DNA of 40,708 bases from Cyanobium sp. (GCA_044376165.1 JBIPMZ010000001.1:1-40708); one strand, 5' to 3'; counted from the stretch's first letter, positions 17,937 through 29,492 are shown. A program made the numbers and translations. Notes: generated from the sequence alone by a model not told the origin.

Positions 17937-20396
17937 TCAGCTGCCAGCGCCGGCGGGGGTGCCCAGCTCCCGCTCCAGCTCGGCGATCGCGATGCGCGTC
18001 GCCACCACGGCATCGGGGTTGAGGCTGATCGAGTCGATTCCCTCCTCCACCAGGAAGCGGGCGAATTCGGGGTAATCGCTCGGGGCCTGGCCGCAGAGGC
18101 CGATCGGCCGACCGCAGGCCTTGGCCGTTTGGATGGCCAGGCGGATCATCGCCTTCACCGTCTCGTGCCGTTCATCGAATAGCTCCGCCACCAGGGCCGA
18201 ATCCCGATCCAAGCCGAGGGTGAGCTGGGTGAGATCGTTGGAGCCGATCGAGAAGCCATCGAAGCGTTCGGCAAAGGCCGCCGCCCCGATCACATTGCTG
18301 GGGAGCTCGCACATCACATACACCTGAAGCCCGTTCTGCCCGCGCCGCAGCCCGTGGCGTGCCATCTCCGCCAGCACCCGATCCCCCTCCTCCGGCGTGC
18401 GGCAGAAGGGCACCATCGGAATCACGTTGGTGAGCCCCATCCCTTCGCGCACCCGGCGCAACGCCCGGCATTCCAGGGCAAAAGCCTCGCGGAAGGCGGC
18501 GGCGGAGTAGCGGGACGCCCCCCGCCAGCCGAGCATCGGGTTTTCCTCCTTCGGCTCAAAGGCCTCGCCGCCCAGCAGCCGCGCGTACTCGTTGCTTTTG
18601 AAGTCGGAGAAGCGCAGGATCACCGGCCGGGGGTGGAAGGCGGCGGCGATGCGCGCCATCCCCTGGGCCAGCAGATCCACGTAGTAGTCGGCCGGTTGGT
18701 CGTAGCCGCGGATCAGGGCCGCGATCGCCTCCCGTTCGGCGGGATCCTTCACCCGCTCGGGCTCCAGCAGCGCCAGGGGATGAACGCGGATGTGGTTGGC
18801 GATGATGAATTCCAGACGGGCCAATCCCACCCCATCGCAGGGGATCGCCGCCTGCTGGAAGGCCTCCTGCGGGTTGCCCACGTTCATCAGGATGCGCGTG
18901 CGGGTGGGCGGCAACTCCCCTAGATCGCGCTCCTCCAGGTGAAAGGGCAGGGCGCCCGGGTAGACGTACCCCGCCTCCCCCTCGCAGCAGGAGAGGGTGA
19001 TCAGCTGGCCATCGGCGAGCTTGCGGGTGGCCTCGCCGGTGCCCACGATCGCCGTGATTCCCATCTCACGGGCGATGATCGCGGCGTGGCAGGTGCGACC
19101 GCCCTGGTCGGTCACCACCCCCCGGGCCTTTTTGAGGATCGGTTCCCAGTCGGGGTCGGTGCGCACGGTCACCAGCAGGTCGCCGTCCTGGAAGCGGCCG
19201 ATCTCCTTCGGGCTGCTGATCCGCCGCGCCCGGCCGCTGCTCACCCCGTCGCCGATGGCCCGACCGCTGAGGATCGGCACCACCCCGTGGGGCTCCAGGT
19301 GCCACTGGCGCAGCACCGCCCCACCCCGCTGGCTCTGGACCGTTTCCGGCCGGGCTTGAAGGATGAACAGCTCCCCGCTGAGGCCGTCCTTGGCCCATTC
19401 GATGTCCATCGGGGAGAACACCCCCCGCAAGGCCGTGTAGTGCCCCTCAATCGTCACCGCCCAACGGGCCAGGGTGAGCACCTCCTCCTCCGTGAGAGCC
19501 CACTGGCGCTGCTGCTCGAGGGGCACCGTTTCGTTGCGCACCGCCGGCCCCTCGCCGCCCGTGCCCGGCGCGGCCAGGACCATGCGAATCGCCTTGCTGC
19601 CCAGTCGCCGGCTGAGGATCGGCCGGTGACCCGTGGCGAGGGTGGGCTTGAACACCAGCCACTCATCCGGCGTCACCGCTCCCTGCACCACGTTCTCCCC
19701 CAGCCCCCAGGCGGCGGTGATCAGCACCGTTTCGCGGAAGCCGGTCTCGGTGTCGATGCTGAACATCACCCCGGAACTGGCCCGATCGGCGCGCACCATC
19801 CGCTGCACGCCGATCGAGAGGGCCACGGCACGGTGGCTGAATCCGTTGAGCTGGCGATAGGAGATCGCCCGGTCGGTGAACAACGACGCAAAGCAGCGGC
19901 GACAGGCGGCGAGGAGGGCCGCCTCGCCGCAGACATTCAGGAAGGTCTCCTGCTGGCCCGCGAAGCTGGCGGTGGGGAGATCTTCCGCGGTGGCGCTGGA
20001 GCGCACGGCCACCGCCGCCGGGCCCGCCGCGGTGCCCATCGCCCGGTAGGCGGAGAGCACCTCCGCCACCAGATCCGCTGGCAATTCAGCCGCGAGCACC
20101 AGGGCGCGGGCCTCCGCCCCCGCCGCCTGCAGGGCCGACAGGTCGTCCACGTCGAGCCCGTCGAGCAGGGCGCCCAAACGCTCCTCCAGGCCGTTGGCCG
20201 CCAGCAGCCGTCGCCAGGCCGCCGCGGTGGTGGCGAAGCCCGGCGGCACCCGCACCCCCAGGGAAGTGAGCTCGCGGATCATCTCCCCCAGGGAGGCGTT
20301 CTTGCCGCCCACCTGGGGGATCGCGGCGATCCCCACGCGCTCGAAGGGCAACACCAACGCGGTGGCCGTCCCCCCCGCCAAGACCGCCTCGCCCAT
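17937..20396 (-). CDS. ppsA: Phosphoenolpyruvate synthase
   Basis: VGGKNASLGEM, AVRSSATAEDL, GGRTCHAAIIARE (phospho-His), EENPMLGWRG, FSIGSNDLTQ. Confidence 0.97.
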   Translation of the reverse strand: MGEAVLAGGTATALVLPFERVGIAAIPQVGGKNASLGEMIRELTSLGVRVPPGFATTAAAWRRLLAANGLEERLGALLDGLDVDDLSALQAAGAEARALVLAAELPADLVAEVLSAYRAMGTAAGPAAVAVRSSATAEDLPTASFAGQQETFLNVCGEAALLAACRRCFASLFTDRAISYRQLNGFSHRAVALSIGVQRMVRADRASSGVMFSIDTETGFRETVLITAAWGLGENVVQGAVTPDEWLVFKPTLATGHRPILSRRLGSKAIRMVLAAPGTGGEGPAVRNETVPLEQQRQWALTEEEVLTLARWAVTIEGHYTALRGVFSPMDIEWAKDGLSGELFILQARPETVQSQRGGAVLRQWHLEPHGVVPILSGRAIGDGVSSGRARRISSPKEIGRFQDGDLLVTVRTDPDWEPILKKARGVVTDQGGRTCHAAIIAREMGITAIVGTGEATRKLADGQLITLSCCEGEAGYVYPGALPFHLEERDLGELPPTRTRILMNVGNPQEAFQQAAIPCDGVGLARLEFIIANHIRVHPLALLEPERVKDPAEREAIAALIRGYDQPADYYVDLLAQGMARIAAAFHPRPVILRFSDFKSNEYARLLGGEAFEPKEENPMLGWRGASRYSAAAFREAFALECRALRRVREGMGLTNVIPMVPFCRTPEEGDRVLAEMARHGLRRGQNGLQVYVMCELPSNVIGAAAFAERFDGFSIGSNDLTQLTLGLDRDSALVAELFDERHETVKAMIRLAIQTAKACGRPIGLCGQAPSDYPEFARFLVEEGIDSISLNPDAVVATRIAIAELERELGTPAGAGS

Positions 20397-20457
20397 CCTC
20401 GCCCTGCCTCGCTCAGCCCCAACTCTGACGCTGCCGGCGGGAAACGACCAGCAGGCG

Positions 20458-20670
20458 TTAGTCCTCGTTTCCCTCTGAACCGGGCAGGGTCTCCGGCAGG
20501 AGCTGGGCGAGCAGGCCCACCGCCATCAGCACACCGCCCAGGGCGAGGGCCAGGGGGCGGTTCGCCGCCGCCGGACCGTCACCCGCCCAGGTGGCGGCCG
20601 CGAAAAAAGCGCCCCCCAGCAGCAGGCTGGGCACCAGCACGATGCCCTTGGCGGCGCGGTTGAGGCTCAT
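20458..20670 (-). CDS. Small two-TM membrane protein (GIVxVP-type)
   Basis: MSLNRAAKGIVLVPSLLLGGAFF, two hydrophobic helices. Confidence 0.8.
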   Translation of the reverse strand: MSLNRAAKGIVLVPSLLLGGAFFAAATWAGDGPAAANRPLALALGGVLMAVGLLAQLLPETLPGSEGNED

Positions 20671-20697
20671 GGCGGGGAGGGGAACAGGCGCAGAAGG

Positions 20698-21075
20698 TTA
20701 CGCACAGGGGATCGGCTGGGCGAGGCCTGCGGCCACCAGAGCCTCCGCTAGGTCGTCGCCTTCGGGTTCGATCGGCTGGATGCGAGCCAGCAGCTCCCCA
20801 TCCCGCACCCCCATCGGCCGCAGGTTGACCCGGCGGCGGCGGGGCAACAGCTGGCGCAGCAGCGCCGTGGCTTCCCCGGCCCGCTGGGGTTCCACGGCCA
20901 CACAACCCAGCCGTACCGCCGTGGTGCGGTTGCGATCCCCGATCAACAGCCGATCGGGACCGGTGACCTGCAACACCTCGGCGGCGGCCGCCGGCGCCGC
21001 GAACCCGGCCCCTGCCATCGCCAAACCCAGGAGTGGAGCCAGCCCCAACCAAAGCGGCAGGAGCAGGGCCGCCAC
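20698..21075 (-). CDS. Exported thermonuclease (SNase)-like protein, likely degenerate (start uncertain)
   Basis: Signal peptide, then AEVLQV...LLIGDRNR...VRLGC...GELLARI...DLAEALVAAGLA. This is the 3' end of ORF 20698-21741. Confidence 0.7.
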   Translation of the reverse strand: MAALLLPLWLGLAPLLGLAMAGAGFAAPAAAAEVLQVTGPDRLLIGDRNRTTAVRLGCVAVEPQRAGEATALLRQLLPRRRRVNLRPMGVRDGELLARIQPIEPEGDDLAEALVAAGLAQPIPCA

Positions 21076-21134
21076 CCAGGAGCGCCCCGGGGGGAGCCCC
21101 GGGAAACAGCGCCGGTGGGGCAGGGGAGGGGCGT

Positions 21135-23027
21135 TCAGAGCTTCGTGCCGCAGCTGGGGCAGAACAGATGGGCGCTGGCGGTGGTGGCCCCGCAGGCCTT
21201 GCAATGGCGGATGGTGTCGATCGCCAGCTCCGGATGGCTGGGCAGGCCCACCATCTGGGCGTTGCTGGCCCCGGGCGGCACCATCGGGTAGCAATTTTCG
21301 TTGCGTCGCACCACCACATCGATGAAGGCCGGGCCGGGGTGGAGCAGCGCCTCGCTGAGTTGCTGCCGCAGGCTGGCCCGCTCGGTGATCCGCGTGCCCA
21401 GGAGGCCGAAGGCTTTGGCCAAAGCCGGGAAATCCGGCATGCCGCCCACCATCTCGGAGGCGGAGTAGCGCTCCTCGTAGAAGCTCTCCTGCCACTGGCG
21501 CACCATTCCCTGCCAGCCGTTGTTGATCACCACCACCTTCACCGGCAGCTGATACTGCGAGAGGGTGCCGAGCTCCTGGATGTTCATCAAGATGCTGGCG
21601 TCGCCGGCCACACAGATCACCTGTTCCCCGGGGAAGGCGACCTGCACCCCCAGGGCGGCGGGCATGCCGTAGCCCATGGTCCCCAGGCCGGCACTGCTGA
21701 TCCAGTGGCGCGGTTTGTTGCGCAGGAATTGAGCGGCCCACATCTGGTGCTGGCCCACATCGGTGGTGTAGTAGGCGTCGGGCGCCAACTCCCTCAGGGC
21801 GACCAGCACCTCCTGGGGGGCGATCTCCCCGGGGGGGGAGGGCACCACCAGGGGATAGTGGCGTTTCCAGCTGTCGATGCGCTCCAGCCAGGCATCGGTG
21901 CAGCCGCTGCTGCGATCGTCGACCGAGGCGGCTAACAGGGCGCTGAGCGCGGCCTTAACATCCGCCACCACCGGCACCTCCGGCACCCGGTTTTTGCCCA
22001 CTTCGGCCGCGTCGATGTCGATGTGGATCACCTGGGCCCGGGGGGCGAAGCTATCCAGGCGGCCGGTGACCCGATCGTCGAAACGGGCGCCGCAGGCGAT
22101 CAGCAGATCGCATTCGGTGACGGCGAAATTGGCGTAGGCGGTGCCGTGCATGCCGAGCATGCCCACCGAGAGGGGGTGGTGCTCATCGAAGGCCCCCTTG
22201 CCCATCAAGGTGGTGGTGACCGGCAACCGGAAACGCTCCGCCAGGGCCTGCACCTGCTGGTGGGCGCCGGAGCTGATCGCGCCGCCGCCCACATACAGGA
22301 GGGGGCGACGGGCCTGGCGAATCAGGTCGAGGGCGGCGGCGATGGCGCCCGCCTCGGGCTTGGGGGTGGAGCGGAAGCCAGAGGGGATCGAGCTGCCGGG
22401 TGGCGCCGGCACGTAGTCGAACATCTCGGCGCCCACATCCTTGGGGATGTCGATCAGCACCGGGCCGGGGCGGCCGCTGGCGGCGATCAGGAAGGCTTCG
22501 GCCACGATGCGCGCGATGTCGCGGGGATCGCGCACCACCCAGGAGTGCTTCACGATCGGCAGGGTGATGCCGAAGATATCCGTTTCCTGAAAGGCGTCGG
22601 TGCCAATCGCCGCCCGGGGCACCTGGCCGGTGATCACCACCATCGGCACCGAATCCATGTGGGCGGTGGCGATGCCGGTGACCAGGTTGGTGGCCCCGGG
22701 GCCGGAGGTTCCGAAACACACACCCACCTGGCCGGTGGCCCGGGCGTAGGCATCGGCCGCGTGGGTGCCCCCCTGTTCGTGGCGAACCAGGATGTGGTGC
22801 AGCCAGTCGCGGGCTTCCGCCTTGTGCAGTTCGTCGTAGATGGGCAGGATCGCCCCGCCCGGATACCCGAAAATGTGACGAACGCCGTGGCGGCGCAACG
22901 AATCCATCAGCGCATAGCCGCCGCTCACCCGCTGGGGAGGGAGGCCCTCCGCTCCTGAGGGATGGGGCAACGGGGGCTCGCTCGGAGCGAGGTGCTGTTC
23001 GGCCGGGGTCAGGGGCGTGAGCGTCAC
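21135..23027 (-). CDS. ilvB: Acetolactate synthase large subunit
   Basis: [47 protein letters not shown] start at 23027. C-terminal CxxC...CxxC. Confidence 0.96.
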   Translation of the reverse strand: MTLTPLTPAEQHLAPSEPPLPHPSGAEGLPPQRVSGGYALMDSLRRHGVRHIFGYPGGAILPIYDELHKAEARDWLHHILVRHEQGGTHAADAYARATGQVGVCFGTSGPGATNLVTGIATAHMDSVPMVVITGQVPRAAIGTDAFQETDIFGITLPIVKHSWVVRDPRDIARIVAEAFLIAASGRPGPVLIDIPKDVGAEMFDYVPAPPGSSIPSGFRSTPKPEAGAIAAALDLIRQARRPLLYVGGGAISSGAHQQVQALAERFRLPVTTTLMGKGAFDEHHPLSVGMLGMHGTAYANFAVTECDLLIACGARFDDRVTGRLDSFAPRAQVIHIDIDAAEVGKNRVPEVPVVADVKAALSALLAASVDDRSSGCTDAWLERIDSWKRHYPLVVPSPPGEIAPQEVLVALRELAPDAYYTTDVGQHQMWAAQFLRNKPRHWISSAGLGTMGYGMPAALGVQVAFPGEQVICVAGDASILMNIQELGTLSQYQLPVKVVVINNGWQGMVRQWQESFYEERYSASEMVGGMPDFPALAKAFGLLGTRITERASLRQQLSEALLHPGPAFIDVVVRRNENCYPMVPPGASNAQMVGLPSHPELAIDTIRHCKACGATTASAHLFCPSCGTKL

Positions 23028-23040
23028 GGCAAGTGGCGAG

Positions 23041-23700
23041 TCAACGCAACACCCCAACCTTAGGGGGCCTACGGCTTCCTGTCGCCAGGCCGAGGCGGCT
23101 GGCGGCCATCGCCCGCAACACCCGGGCCGGATCCAGCCAGGCACCGCGATAGCGCATGCCCCAGTGCAGGTGGGGGCCTGTGGTGCTACCGCTCATGCCG
23201 ATGTGGCCGATCCCCTGGCCCGCCCGCACCCGCTGGCCGACCCGCAGCAGCACCGGGCCGCTGCGATACCACCCCGGGCCCGTGCTCCCCGCCAGGTGAC
23301 AGTAGATGTGCTCGTAGTCGCCGGAGCGGATCGTCAGGCCGTTGCCGCAGCCGCCATCGCGGATCACCTCGCTCACCGTGCCGCTCCACCAGCTGCGCAC
23401 CGGCGAACCCAGGGGCCCGGCGATGTCCACCCCGTAGTGCTGGCGGCGATCCCCGCCGAGCGGATGGGTGCGCATGCCGTACGGGCTGGTGTAACCGGCG
23501 AAGCTGGCCACCGGAAACACCCCGCGCAGCCAGGCGCTGCGCCCCTGAGCCGCCGAGGGCCTCCCCCCGGCGTCGGCGGCCGCCAGGGAGGCCACCCCCA
23601 GGAGCAGCAGGGCGGCGAGCCGAGCGCCGGGCCGCTTCGGCAGGGCGCCCGGCAGGGGCCGGCGCCGCGAGCGCCCGGGCCTAGAGCAACCCGATCGCAT
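23041..23700 (-). CDS. M23 family metallopeptidase
   Basis: [15 protein letters not shown] (HxxxD), YCHL, GPHLH (HxH). Confidence 0.9.
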   Translation of the reverse strand: MRSGCSRPGRSRRRPLPGALPKRPGARLAALLLLGVASLAAADAGGRPSAAQGRSAWLRGVFPVASFAGYTSPYGMRTHPLGGDRRQHYGVDIAGPLGSPVRSWWSGTVSEVIRDGGCGNGLTIRSGDYEHIYCHLAGSTGPGWYRSGPVLLRVGQRVRAGQGIGHIGMSGSTTGPHLHWGMRYRGAWLDPARVLRAMAASRLGLATGSRRPPKVGVLR

Positions 23701-24856
23701 GCAGGGGACCGCGACCGCTGATCAGCTCCAGCAGAAACGCTGAGAATCCCACCATCGCCAAGCGTCCGTTCCAGATCTCGGAGCTGTTGTTCCATCCCCA
23801 GGCCCATTTGTCCTGGGGATAGAGCTTCACCTGGGTGGACAGGCGCGCCGCCTGGTCGAGGTTCACCTCCGGCCCCGCCAGCGCCTCCTGCACCAGGTCG
23901 GCCAGGCCGCGGACGAAGGTGGGATCGGTGTCGAGCGCTGGCACGCGGCGGAAGTTGACCACGCCAGCCTCGGTGGCCAGCTCGCGGTATTCGATATCGA
24001 TCTCCTCGAGGGTCTCGATGTGCTCGCTCACGAAGCTGATCGGTACCACCACCAGATCGCGGGTGCCTGCCTGCCCCAGTTCTTGCAAGGCGTCCTCGGT
24101 GTAGGGCTTGAGCCATTCCACCGGGCCCACCCGACTCTGATAGGCGAGGGTGTGGGGGTTGGTGTGGCCCAGCTGCGCCTCGAGCCGTCGCATGATCAGG
24201 GCGGTGCAGTCCTCGATCTCCTTCTGATAGGGATCGCCGGCCTCCTCCACGTAGCTCTTCGGCACGCCGTGGGCACTGAAGAAGACATGCGCGGCGGCGG
24301 GGTCGTCGCAGGCCTGGATCTGTCGGGCAATCAGCCCGGCCATGGCGTCGATGTAGCCGGGATGGTCGTACCAGCTGCGGATGCAGCGGATCGGCAGCTG
24401 GCGGAAAGCGGGGTCGCTCTGTCGCAGCCGCTGCAGTTCCCGGAAGCTGGAGCCGCTCGTGCTGATCGAGAAGTGGGGATAGAGCGGAAGCACCACCACC
24501 TCATCGATGCCATCCGCCTTGATGTCCGCCACGGCGGATTCGGTGAAGGGGTGCCAATAGCGCATCGCTACGTAGGTGGTGGCCTCCACGCCGCGCTGGC
24601 GCAGAGCGCTCTGCAGCGCGCGGGCCTGGTGCTCGGTGATGCGACGCAGCGGCGAGCCGCCCCCGATCGAGCGGTAGGCCTCCCGGGACTTGCTGCTGCG
24701 CAGGGTGCTGATCAACCAGGCCAGAGGTTTCTGGAGCGCCGGGGTGGGCAGTCGAATGATCTCCGGGTCGGAGAAGAGGTTGTAGAGAAAGGGCCCCACA
24801 TCCTCAATCCGTTCGGGGCCGCCCAGGTTCAGCAGCAGGACGCCGACTCTGGTCAT
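23681..24856 (-). CDS. hemH: Ferrochelatase with C-terminal CAB domain
   Basis: [43 protein letters not shown]-terminal [12 protein letters not shown]. Confidence 0.97.
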   Translation of the reverse strand: MTRVGVLLLNLGGPERIEDVGPFLYNLFSDPEIIRLPTPALQKPLAWLISTLRSSKSREAYRSIGGGSPLRRITEHQARALQSALRQRGVEATTYVAMRYWHPFTESAVADIKADGIDEVVVLPLYPHFSISTSGSSFRELQRLRQSDPAFRQLPIRCIRSWYDHPGYIDAMAGLIARQIQACDDPAAAHVFFSAHGVPKSYVEEAGDPYQKEIEDCTALIMRRLEAQLGHTNPHTLAYQSRVGPVEWLKPYTEDALQELGQAGTRDLVVVPISFVSEHIETLEEIDIEYRELATEAGVVNFRRVPALDTDPTFVRGLADLVQEALAGPEVNLDQAARLSTQVKLYPQDKWAWGWNNSSEIWNGRLAMVGFSAFLLELISGRGPLHAIGLL

Positions 24857-24968
24857 GCCCTTCCCCGGGACGTTCGGTGTGGGCTGAGCGTAACGCGAGG
24901 CTCCGGCCCGCGGAGCACAGCCGCTGGCGCCGGGCCGCCGGGATGGATAACGTCCGGCGTGCCCGGGG

Positions 24969-26288
24969 GTGCCTCTCCCCGGAATTCCCCTCCCCCCGCC
25001 CCCTTTGCCCTCCTCCCCCGCTCTCTTTTCGGCTTCCTCTGCGGCTACCGCCCCAGAGCTCGCCGTGCCTGTGGCGGGGGATTCCCCCCCGGCGGCGGGG
25101 ATTGCCGCCGCCCTGGCGCAGCAGAACGCGCGCCTCGCGGAGGAAGGCTGCGCCCTGCGGCTGGAGAGGCGGGGCGCACGGCTGAATCTGCGGGGTCCCC
25201 TGCCCGCCCGGGACGGGGGCGCCGGCCTGCGGGTGCAACGGATCAGCCTGGGCCTGTCCGCCTGCCCGGCCGGCCTCGCCGAGGCCCTGCTCCGCCTGGA
25301 GGCGGTGCGGCGGGAGCTGGCGGAGGGGCGCTTCGCCTGGGATCGGTGGCAGCGGCGCGGTGGGGTGGCCCCGACCACCGCGACCCGCCCGGCCCCCCCG
25401 GCGGAGGCCCTCTCCACCCTGGAGCAACAGGTCGAAGACTTCGCCCGGGCCTTCCGCTCCGATCCGCGGCGGCGGCGCCAACCGGCGGGCAGTCGCTCCA
25501 CCTGGAGCGGCGCCTACGGCCCCTACCTGCGCCGCCTGCTGCGCCACGCGGCCACCGGCCGCGGCGACTCGGCGCTCTCCGCCCCCCTGCTGGAGGCGGT
25601 GCTGGAGAGCTTCGAGCCGGCCTCCAGCGCGCGTCAGCGCTGCGGTGTCGCCCTCGCCGCCCTGGCCCGCCACCACGGCCTGGCGTTGCCGGAGGATTGG
25701 AGCGAGCGCGCCGGCGGCTACGGCCTCCATGCCGCCCGCTTCCGCCGGCTTCCCAGCGACCCCCAGATCCTCTCCCTGGTGGAGCGCATCCCCAGCGCCG
25801 GCTGGCGGCTGGCCTACGGGCTGATGGCCACCTACGGGTTGCGCAATCACGAGGTGTTCTTTTGCGATCTCTCCGCCCTGGCTCCCGGCGGCGACCGGGT
25901 GATCCGCGTGCTGCCCGGCACCAAGACCGGGGAGCACCAGGTCTGGCCCTTTCAACCGGAATGGGTGGAGCACTTCGGCCTGGAGCAGCTGGGGGTCGAT
26001 CCCGATGCCCTTCCGCCGGTGCGCACCGACCTGCGCCGCACGACCCTGCGCCAGGCGGGCCGGCGGGTGGCCGAGCAATTCCGCCGCTACGACCTGCCGA
26101 TCACCCCCTACGACCTCCGCCACGCCTGGGCGGTGCGCACCATCCACATCGGCCTGCCCGACACGGTGGCGGCGCGGATGATGGGCCACTCGGTCGCCAT
26201 TCACACCCGCACGTATCACCACTGGATCACGCGCCGGGACCAGCAGCAGGCGGTCGACACCGCCCTGGCCCGCCGGCAGGCGGCCTGA
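24969..26288 (+). CDS. Tyrosine recombinase / site-specific integrase (solitary)
   Basis: [24 protein letters not shown], and catalytic Tyr in RTYHHW. Confidence 0.9.
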   Translation: MPLPGIPLPPPPLPSSPALFSASSAATAPELAVPVAGDSPPAAGIAAALAQQNARLAEEGCALRLERRGARLNLRGPLPARDGGAGLRVQRISLGLSACPAGLAEALLRLEAVRRELAEGRFAWDRWQRRGGVAPTTATRPAPPAEALSTLEQQVEDFARAFRSDPRRRRQPAGSRSTWSGAYGPYLRRLLRHAATGRGDSALSAPLLEAVLESFEPASSARQRCGVALAALARHHGLALPEDWSERAGGYGLHAARFRRLPSDPQILSLVERIPSAGWRLAYGLMATYGLRNHEVFFCDLSALAPGGDRVIRVLPGTKTGEHQVWPFQPEWVEHFGLEQLGVDPDALPPVRTDLRRTTLRQAGRRVAEQFRRYDLPITPYDLRHAWAVRTIHIGLPDTVAARMMGHSVAIHTRTYHHWITRRDQQQAVDTALARRQAA

Positions 26289-26325
26289 TCCCCGCCAGAG
26301 TGAGGGCCTCCGCGACGCCAGAGCC

Positions 26326-26994
26326 ATGAGCGATTCCCACCCCCTCGACCGCGCGGCGGAGGAGCTCGGTCCCGGCGGCTCCCTGGCCCCGGAGCGGGAT
26401 GCGGAGGCCTACCGCCGGCGCATGGAGCGCCGGCGCGAGGTGCAGCGCCAGCGGGTGGGGGAGCGCAACCTGGAGAAGGGTCTGGTGCTGGTGTTCACCG
26501 GCGATGGCAAGGGCAAGACGACCGCAGCCCTCGGCCTGGTGCTGCGCACCCTCGGTCATGGGGAGCGGGTGGCGGTTCTGCAGTTCATCAAGGGGGGCTG
26601 GCAGCCCGGCGAGGCGAAGGCGCTCGCCCTGTTCGGCGAGGCCCTCCACTGGCATGCCCTGGGGGAGGGCTTCACCTGGGAGACCCAGGATCGGGAACGG
26701 GACCGGCAGGGGGTGCAGGCCGCCTGGGGGCGCTCCTTGACTTACCTGGAGGACCCCGGCTGCCGGCTGGTGGTGCTCGATGAGGTGAACGTGGCCCTGA
26801 AGCTGGGCTACCTCGACCTCGACCAGGTGCTGGAGGGGCTGGATCGACGTCCGCCCCTGACCCATGTGGCCCTCACCGGCCGGGGGGCGCCAGCGGCCCT
26901 CCTGGAGCGGGCCGACCTGGTGACGGAGATGCGCCAGGTCCGGCATCCCTTCCGGGAGCAGGGGGTGCGGGCGCAGGCGGGGATCGAGTACTGA
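26326..26994 (+). CDS. cobO: Cob(I)yrinic acid a,c-diamide adenosyltransferase
   Basis: [42 protein letters not shown]. Confidence 0.96.
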   Translation: MSDSHPLDRAAEELGPGGSLAPERDAEAYRRRMERRREVQRQRVGERNLEKGLVLVFTGDGKGKTTAALGLVLRTLGHGERVAVLQFIKGGWQPGEAKALALFGEALHWHALGEGFTWETQDRERDRQGVQAAWGRSLTYLEDPGCRLVVLDEVNVALKLGYLDLDQVLEGLDRRPPLTHVALTGRGAPAALLERADLVTEMRQVRHPFREQGVRAQAGIEY

Positions 26995-27050
26995 GAAGCC
27001 CCTTGCTACTGTGCGGCCGACCCAGGCAGGCGAGCGGGACGGCGCAGACC

Positions 27051-27764
27051 ATGGCATATCGGCGCGTCCTTTTGAAGCTCAGCGGCGAGGCTCTGATGGG
27101 GGGCCAGGGCTACGGCATCGACCCGGCCATCGTTCAGTCGATCGCCCGGGATGTGGCCGAGGTGGTGGCTGACGGCACCCAGCTGGCGATCGTTGTGGGA
27201 GGCGGCAACATCTTCCGAGGCCTCAAGGGCTCGGCGGCGGGGATGGACCGCGCCACCGCCGACTACGTGGGCATGCTGGCCACGGTGATGAACGCCATCA
27301 CCCTCCAGGACGGTCTGGAGCGCGTGGGCATCCCCACGCGGGTGCAGAGCGCCATCTCGATGCAGGAGGTCGCCGAGCCCTACATCCGCCGCCGCGCCAT
27401 CCGCCACATGGAAAAGGGGCGGGTGGTGATCTTCGCCGCCGGCACGGGCAACCCCTTCTTCACCACCGACACCACCGCGGCCCTGCGCGCCGCGGAGATC
27501 GGGGCCGATGTGGTGTTCAAGGCCACCAAGGTGGATGGGGTCTACGACAAGGACCCGGCCCGCTTCCCCGACGCGGTGCGCTACGAGAGCCTCACCTTCC
27601 TCGACGTGCTCAGCAGTGAGCTCGCCGTGATGGACAGCACCGCCATCGCCCTCTGCAAGGACAACGCGATTCCGATCGTGGTGTTCGACGTCTTCGCCGC
27701 CGGCAACATCCGCCGGGCCGTCGCCGGCGAATCGATCGGCACGAGCATCGTGCCGAACCGCTGA
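27051..27764 (+). CDS. pyrH: UMP kinase
   Basis: [39 protein letters not shown]. Confidence 0.97.
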   Translation: MAYRRVLLKLSGEALMGGQGYGIDPAIVQSIARDVAEVVADGTQLAIVVGGGNIFRGLKGSAAGMDRATADYVGMLATVMNAITLQDGLERVGIPTRVQSAISMQEVAEPYIRRRAIRHMEKGRVVIFAAGTGNPFFTTDTTAALRAAEIGADVVFKATKVDGVYDKDPARFPDAVRYESLTFLDVLSSELAVMDSTAIALCKDNAIPIVVFDVFAAGNIRRAVAGESIGTSIVPNR

Positions 27765-27811
27765 GCCGCATTCCACTCCCCGCCCCCCAAGCCCCCTGCC
27801 CTCCCCCCGCC

Positions 27812-28351
27812 ATGGACCTGGAAGCCAGCATGCGCAAGTCGGTGGAAGCCACCCAGCGCACCTTCAACACGATCCGCACCGGCCGGGCCAATGCCTCCCT
27901 GCTGGACAAGATCACGGTGGAGTATTACGGCGCCGAGACGCCGCTGAAATCCCTCGCCACCATTTCCACCCCCGATTCCCAAACCCTCCAGATCCAGCCC
28001 TTCGACGCCGGTTCCCTCCATCTGATCGAGAAGGCGATCCGCCTGAGCGATCTGGGCCTGACGCCCAACAACGACGGCCGCATGATCCGCATCAACATTC
28101 CGCCGCTCACCGAAGACCGCCGCAAAGACCTCTGCAAACTGGCCGCCAAGTACGCCGAGGAGGGCAAGGTGGCCCTGCGCAACCTCCGCCGCGACGGCAT
28201 CGATCGCATCAAGAAGCAGGAGAAGGAGGGCGAGCTCTCCGAAGATCAGAGCCGCGACGAGCAGGAGGGGGTGCAGAAGCTCACCGACCGCTTCATCGCC
28301 GAACTGGAGAAGCTGCTGGCCGCCAAGGAAGCCGACATCCTCAAGGTATGA
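27812..28351 (+). CDS. frr: Ribosome recycling factor
   Basis: [26 protein letters not shown]. Follows pyrH. Confidence 0.97.
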   Translation: MDLEASMRKSVEATQRTFNTIRTGRANASLLDKITVEYYGAETPLKSLATISTPDSQTLQIQPFDAGSLHLIEKAIRLSDLGLTPNNDGRMIRINIPPLTEDRRKDLCKLAAKYAEEGKVALRNLRRDGIDRIKKQEKEGELSEDQSRDEQEGVQKLTDRFIAELEKLLAAKEADILKV

Positions 28352-28361
28352 GGCAAGCCGC

Positions 28362-29492
28362 TTGATCGACGCTGAGGTGATCCTCATCGGGGCCGGCCCC
28401 GCCGGGGCCGCGGCCGCCTTCCATCTGGCCGCCCGGGGCCGTCGGGTGCTGCTGCTCGAAGCCCGCGCCGCGGGGCAGGGCAAGCCCTGCGGCGGCGGCA
28501 TGGCCGCCTCGGTGCAGCGCTGGTTCCCCTTCGACCTCTCGCCCGCTGTGGATCAGGTGATCGAACGGGTGCGATTCACCTGGTGCCTCGAGGATCCGGT
28601 CACGGCGGAGCTGCCTGGCGATGCCCCGTTCTGGATCAGCCGCCGCTCGGTGCTCGATGCCTTCCTGGCGGAGCGGGCGGTGGAGGCGGGGGCGGAGCTG
28701 CGGCGCGGCCAGCGGGTGGAGGCCCTTGCGCGGGGGGAGGACGGCCTGTGGCAGGTGGGTCTGACCGGTGGGGAGAGGCTGCGCAGCCAGGCGGTGGTGA
28801 TCGCCGACGGCTCCGCCTCCCCCTTCGCCGCCGCCGCGGGGCTGGGCCCCCCCCGACCCCGCCATGCGGCCACCGTTTCGGTGGAGGTGGAGGCCGAGGT
28901 GGCGGAGCCTGGCACCGCCCGCTTTGAATTCGGTCTGGTGCACCACGGCTTCTGCTGGGCCTTCCCCCGTCGGGGGGGGTACAGCATCGGGGTCGGCACC
29001 TTCATCGGCCAGCAGGAGGCCGACAGTGAGGCGGTGCTGGCCCGGCTGCTCCCCACCCTCGGCGTGCCCGCGGAGGCCGGGCAGCGGGTGCATGGACGGC
29101 TGCGGGTGTGGGACGGGCACCACCCCCTGCACGGCCCCGGCCTCGCGGTGGTGGGGGATGCCGCCTCCCTTTGCGATCCCTTCCTGGCGGAGGGGCTGCG
29201 GCCCTCGCTGATGAGCGGCTGCCGCGCGGCGGAAGCCCTCGACGGCTGGCTGGGGGGGGACGGGCGTGCCCTGGAGGGGTACAGCCAGCGAATGCGCAGC
29301 GACTGGGGGGATTCGATGGCCTGGGGGCGTCGCATCGCCCAGGTGTTCTACCGGGTGCCCAAGGTGGGCTATCAGATCGGCATCAAGAGGCCCACGGCAC
29401 CCCAGCGCATCGCCCAGATCCTCTCGGGCGAGATGGGCTATGGCGACATTGCCCAGCGGGTGATCCGGCGCCTCCTGTTCCAGCGCGGCTGA
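28362..29492 (+). CDS. Geranylgeranyl reductase family FAD oxidoreductase
   Basis: IGAGPAG, KPCGGG, ADGS, WAFP, VGDAA..CDPFLAEG. Confidence 0.9.
   Translation: MIDAEVILIGAGPAGAAAAFHLAARGRRVLLLEARAAGQGKPCGGGMAASVQRWFPFDLSPAVDQVIERVRFTWCLEDPVTAELPGDAPFWISRRSVLDAFLAERAVEAGAELRRGQRVEALARGEDGLWQVGLTGGERLRSQAVVIADGSASPFAAAAGLGPPRPRHAATVSVEVEAEVAEPGTARFEFGLVHHGFCWAFPRRGGYSIGVGTFIGQQEADSEAVLARLLPTLGVPAEAGQRVHGRLRVWDGHHPLHGPGLAVVGDAASLCDPFLAEGLRPSLMSGCRAAEALDGWLGGDGRALEGYSQRMRSDWGDSMAWGRRIAQVFYRVPKVGYQIGIKRPTAPQRIAQILSGEMGYGDIAQRVIRRLLFQRG

Noticed and set aside
21076-21741. Apparent 347-aa nuclease ORF overlapping ilvB (possible frameshift fusion)
   Set aside because: The upstream part is an alternative frame of intact ilvB, and the nuclease-like gene has its own signal peptide and start.
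23681-23800. CAB/HLIP-like motif fused to ferrochelatase
   Set aside because: Well-known feature of cyanobacterial and plant type II ferrochelatases, so not novel.
24857-26325. Prophage or integrative element around the integrase
   Set aside because: No att repeats, tRNA, cargo or compositional shift seen. Both flanks are core genes.
24020-26329. 769-aa and other long ORFs overlapping hemH and the integrase
   Set aside because: Low-complexity Arg/Gly/Pro-rich shadow frames of well-supported genes.
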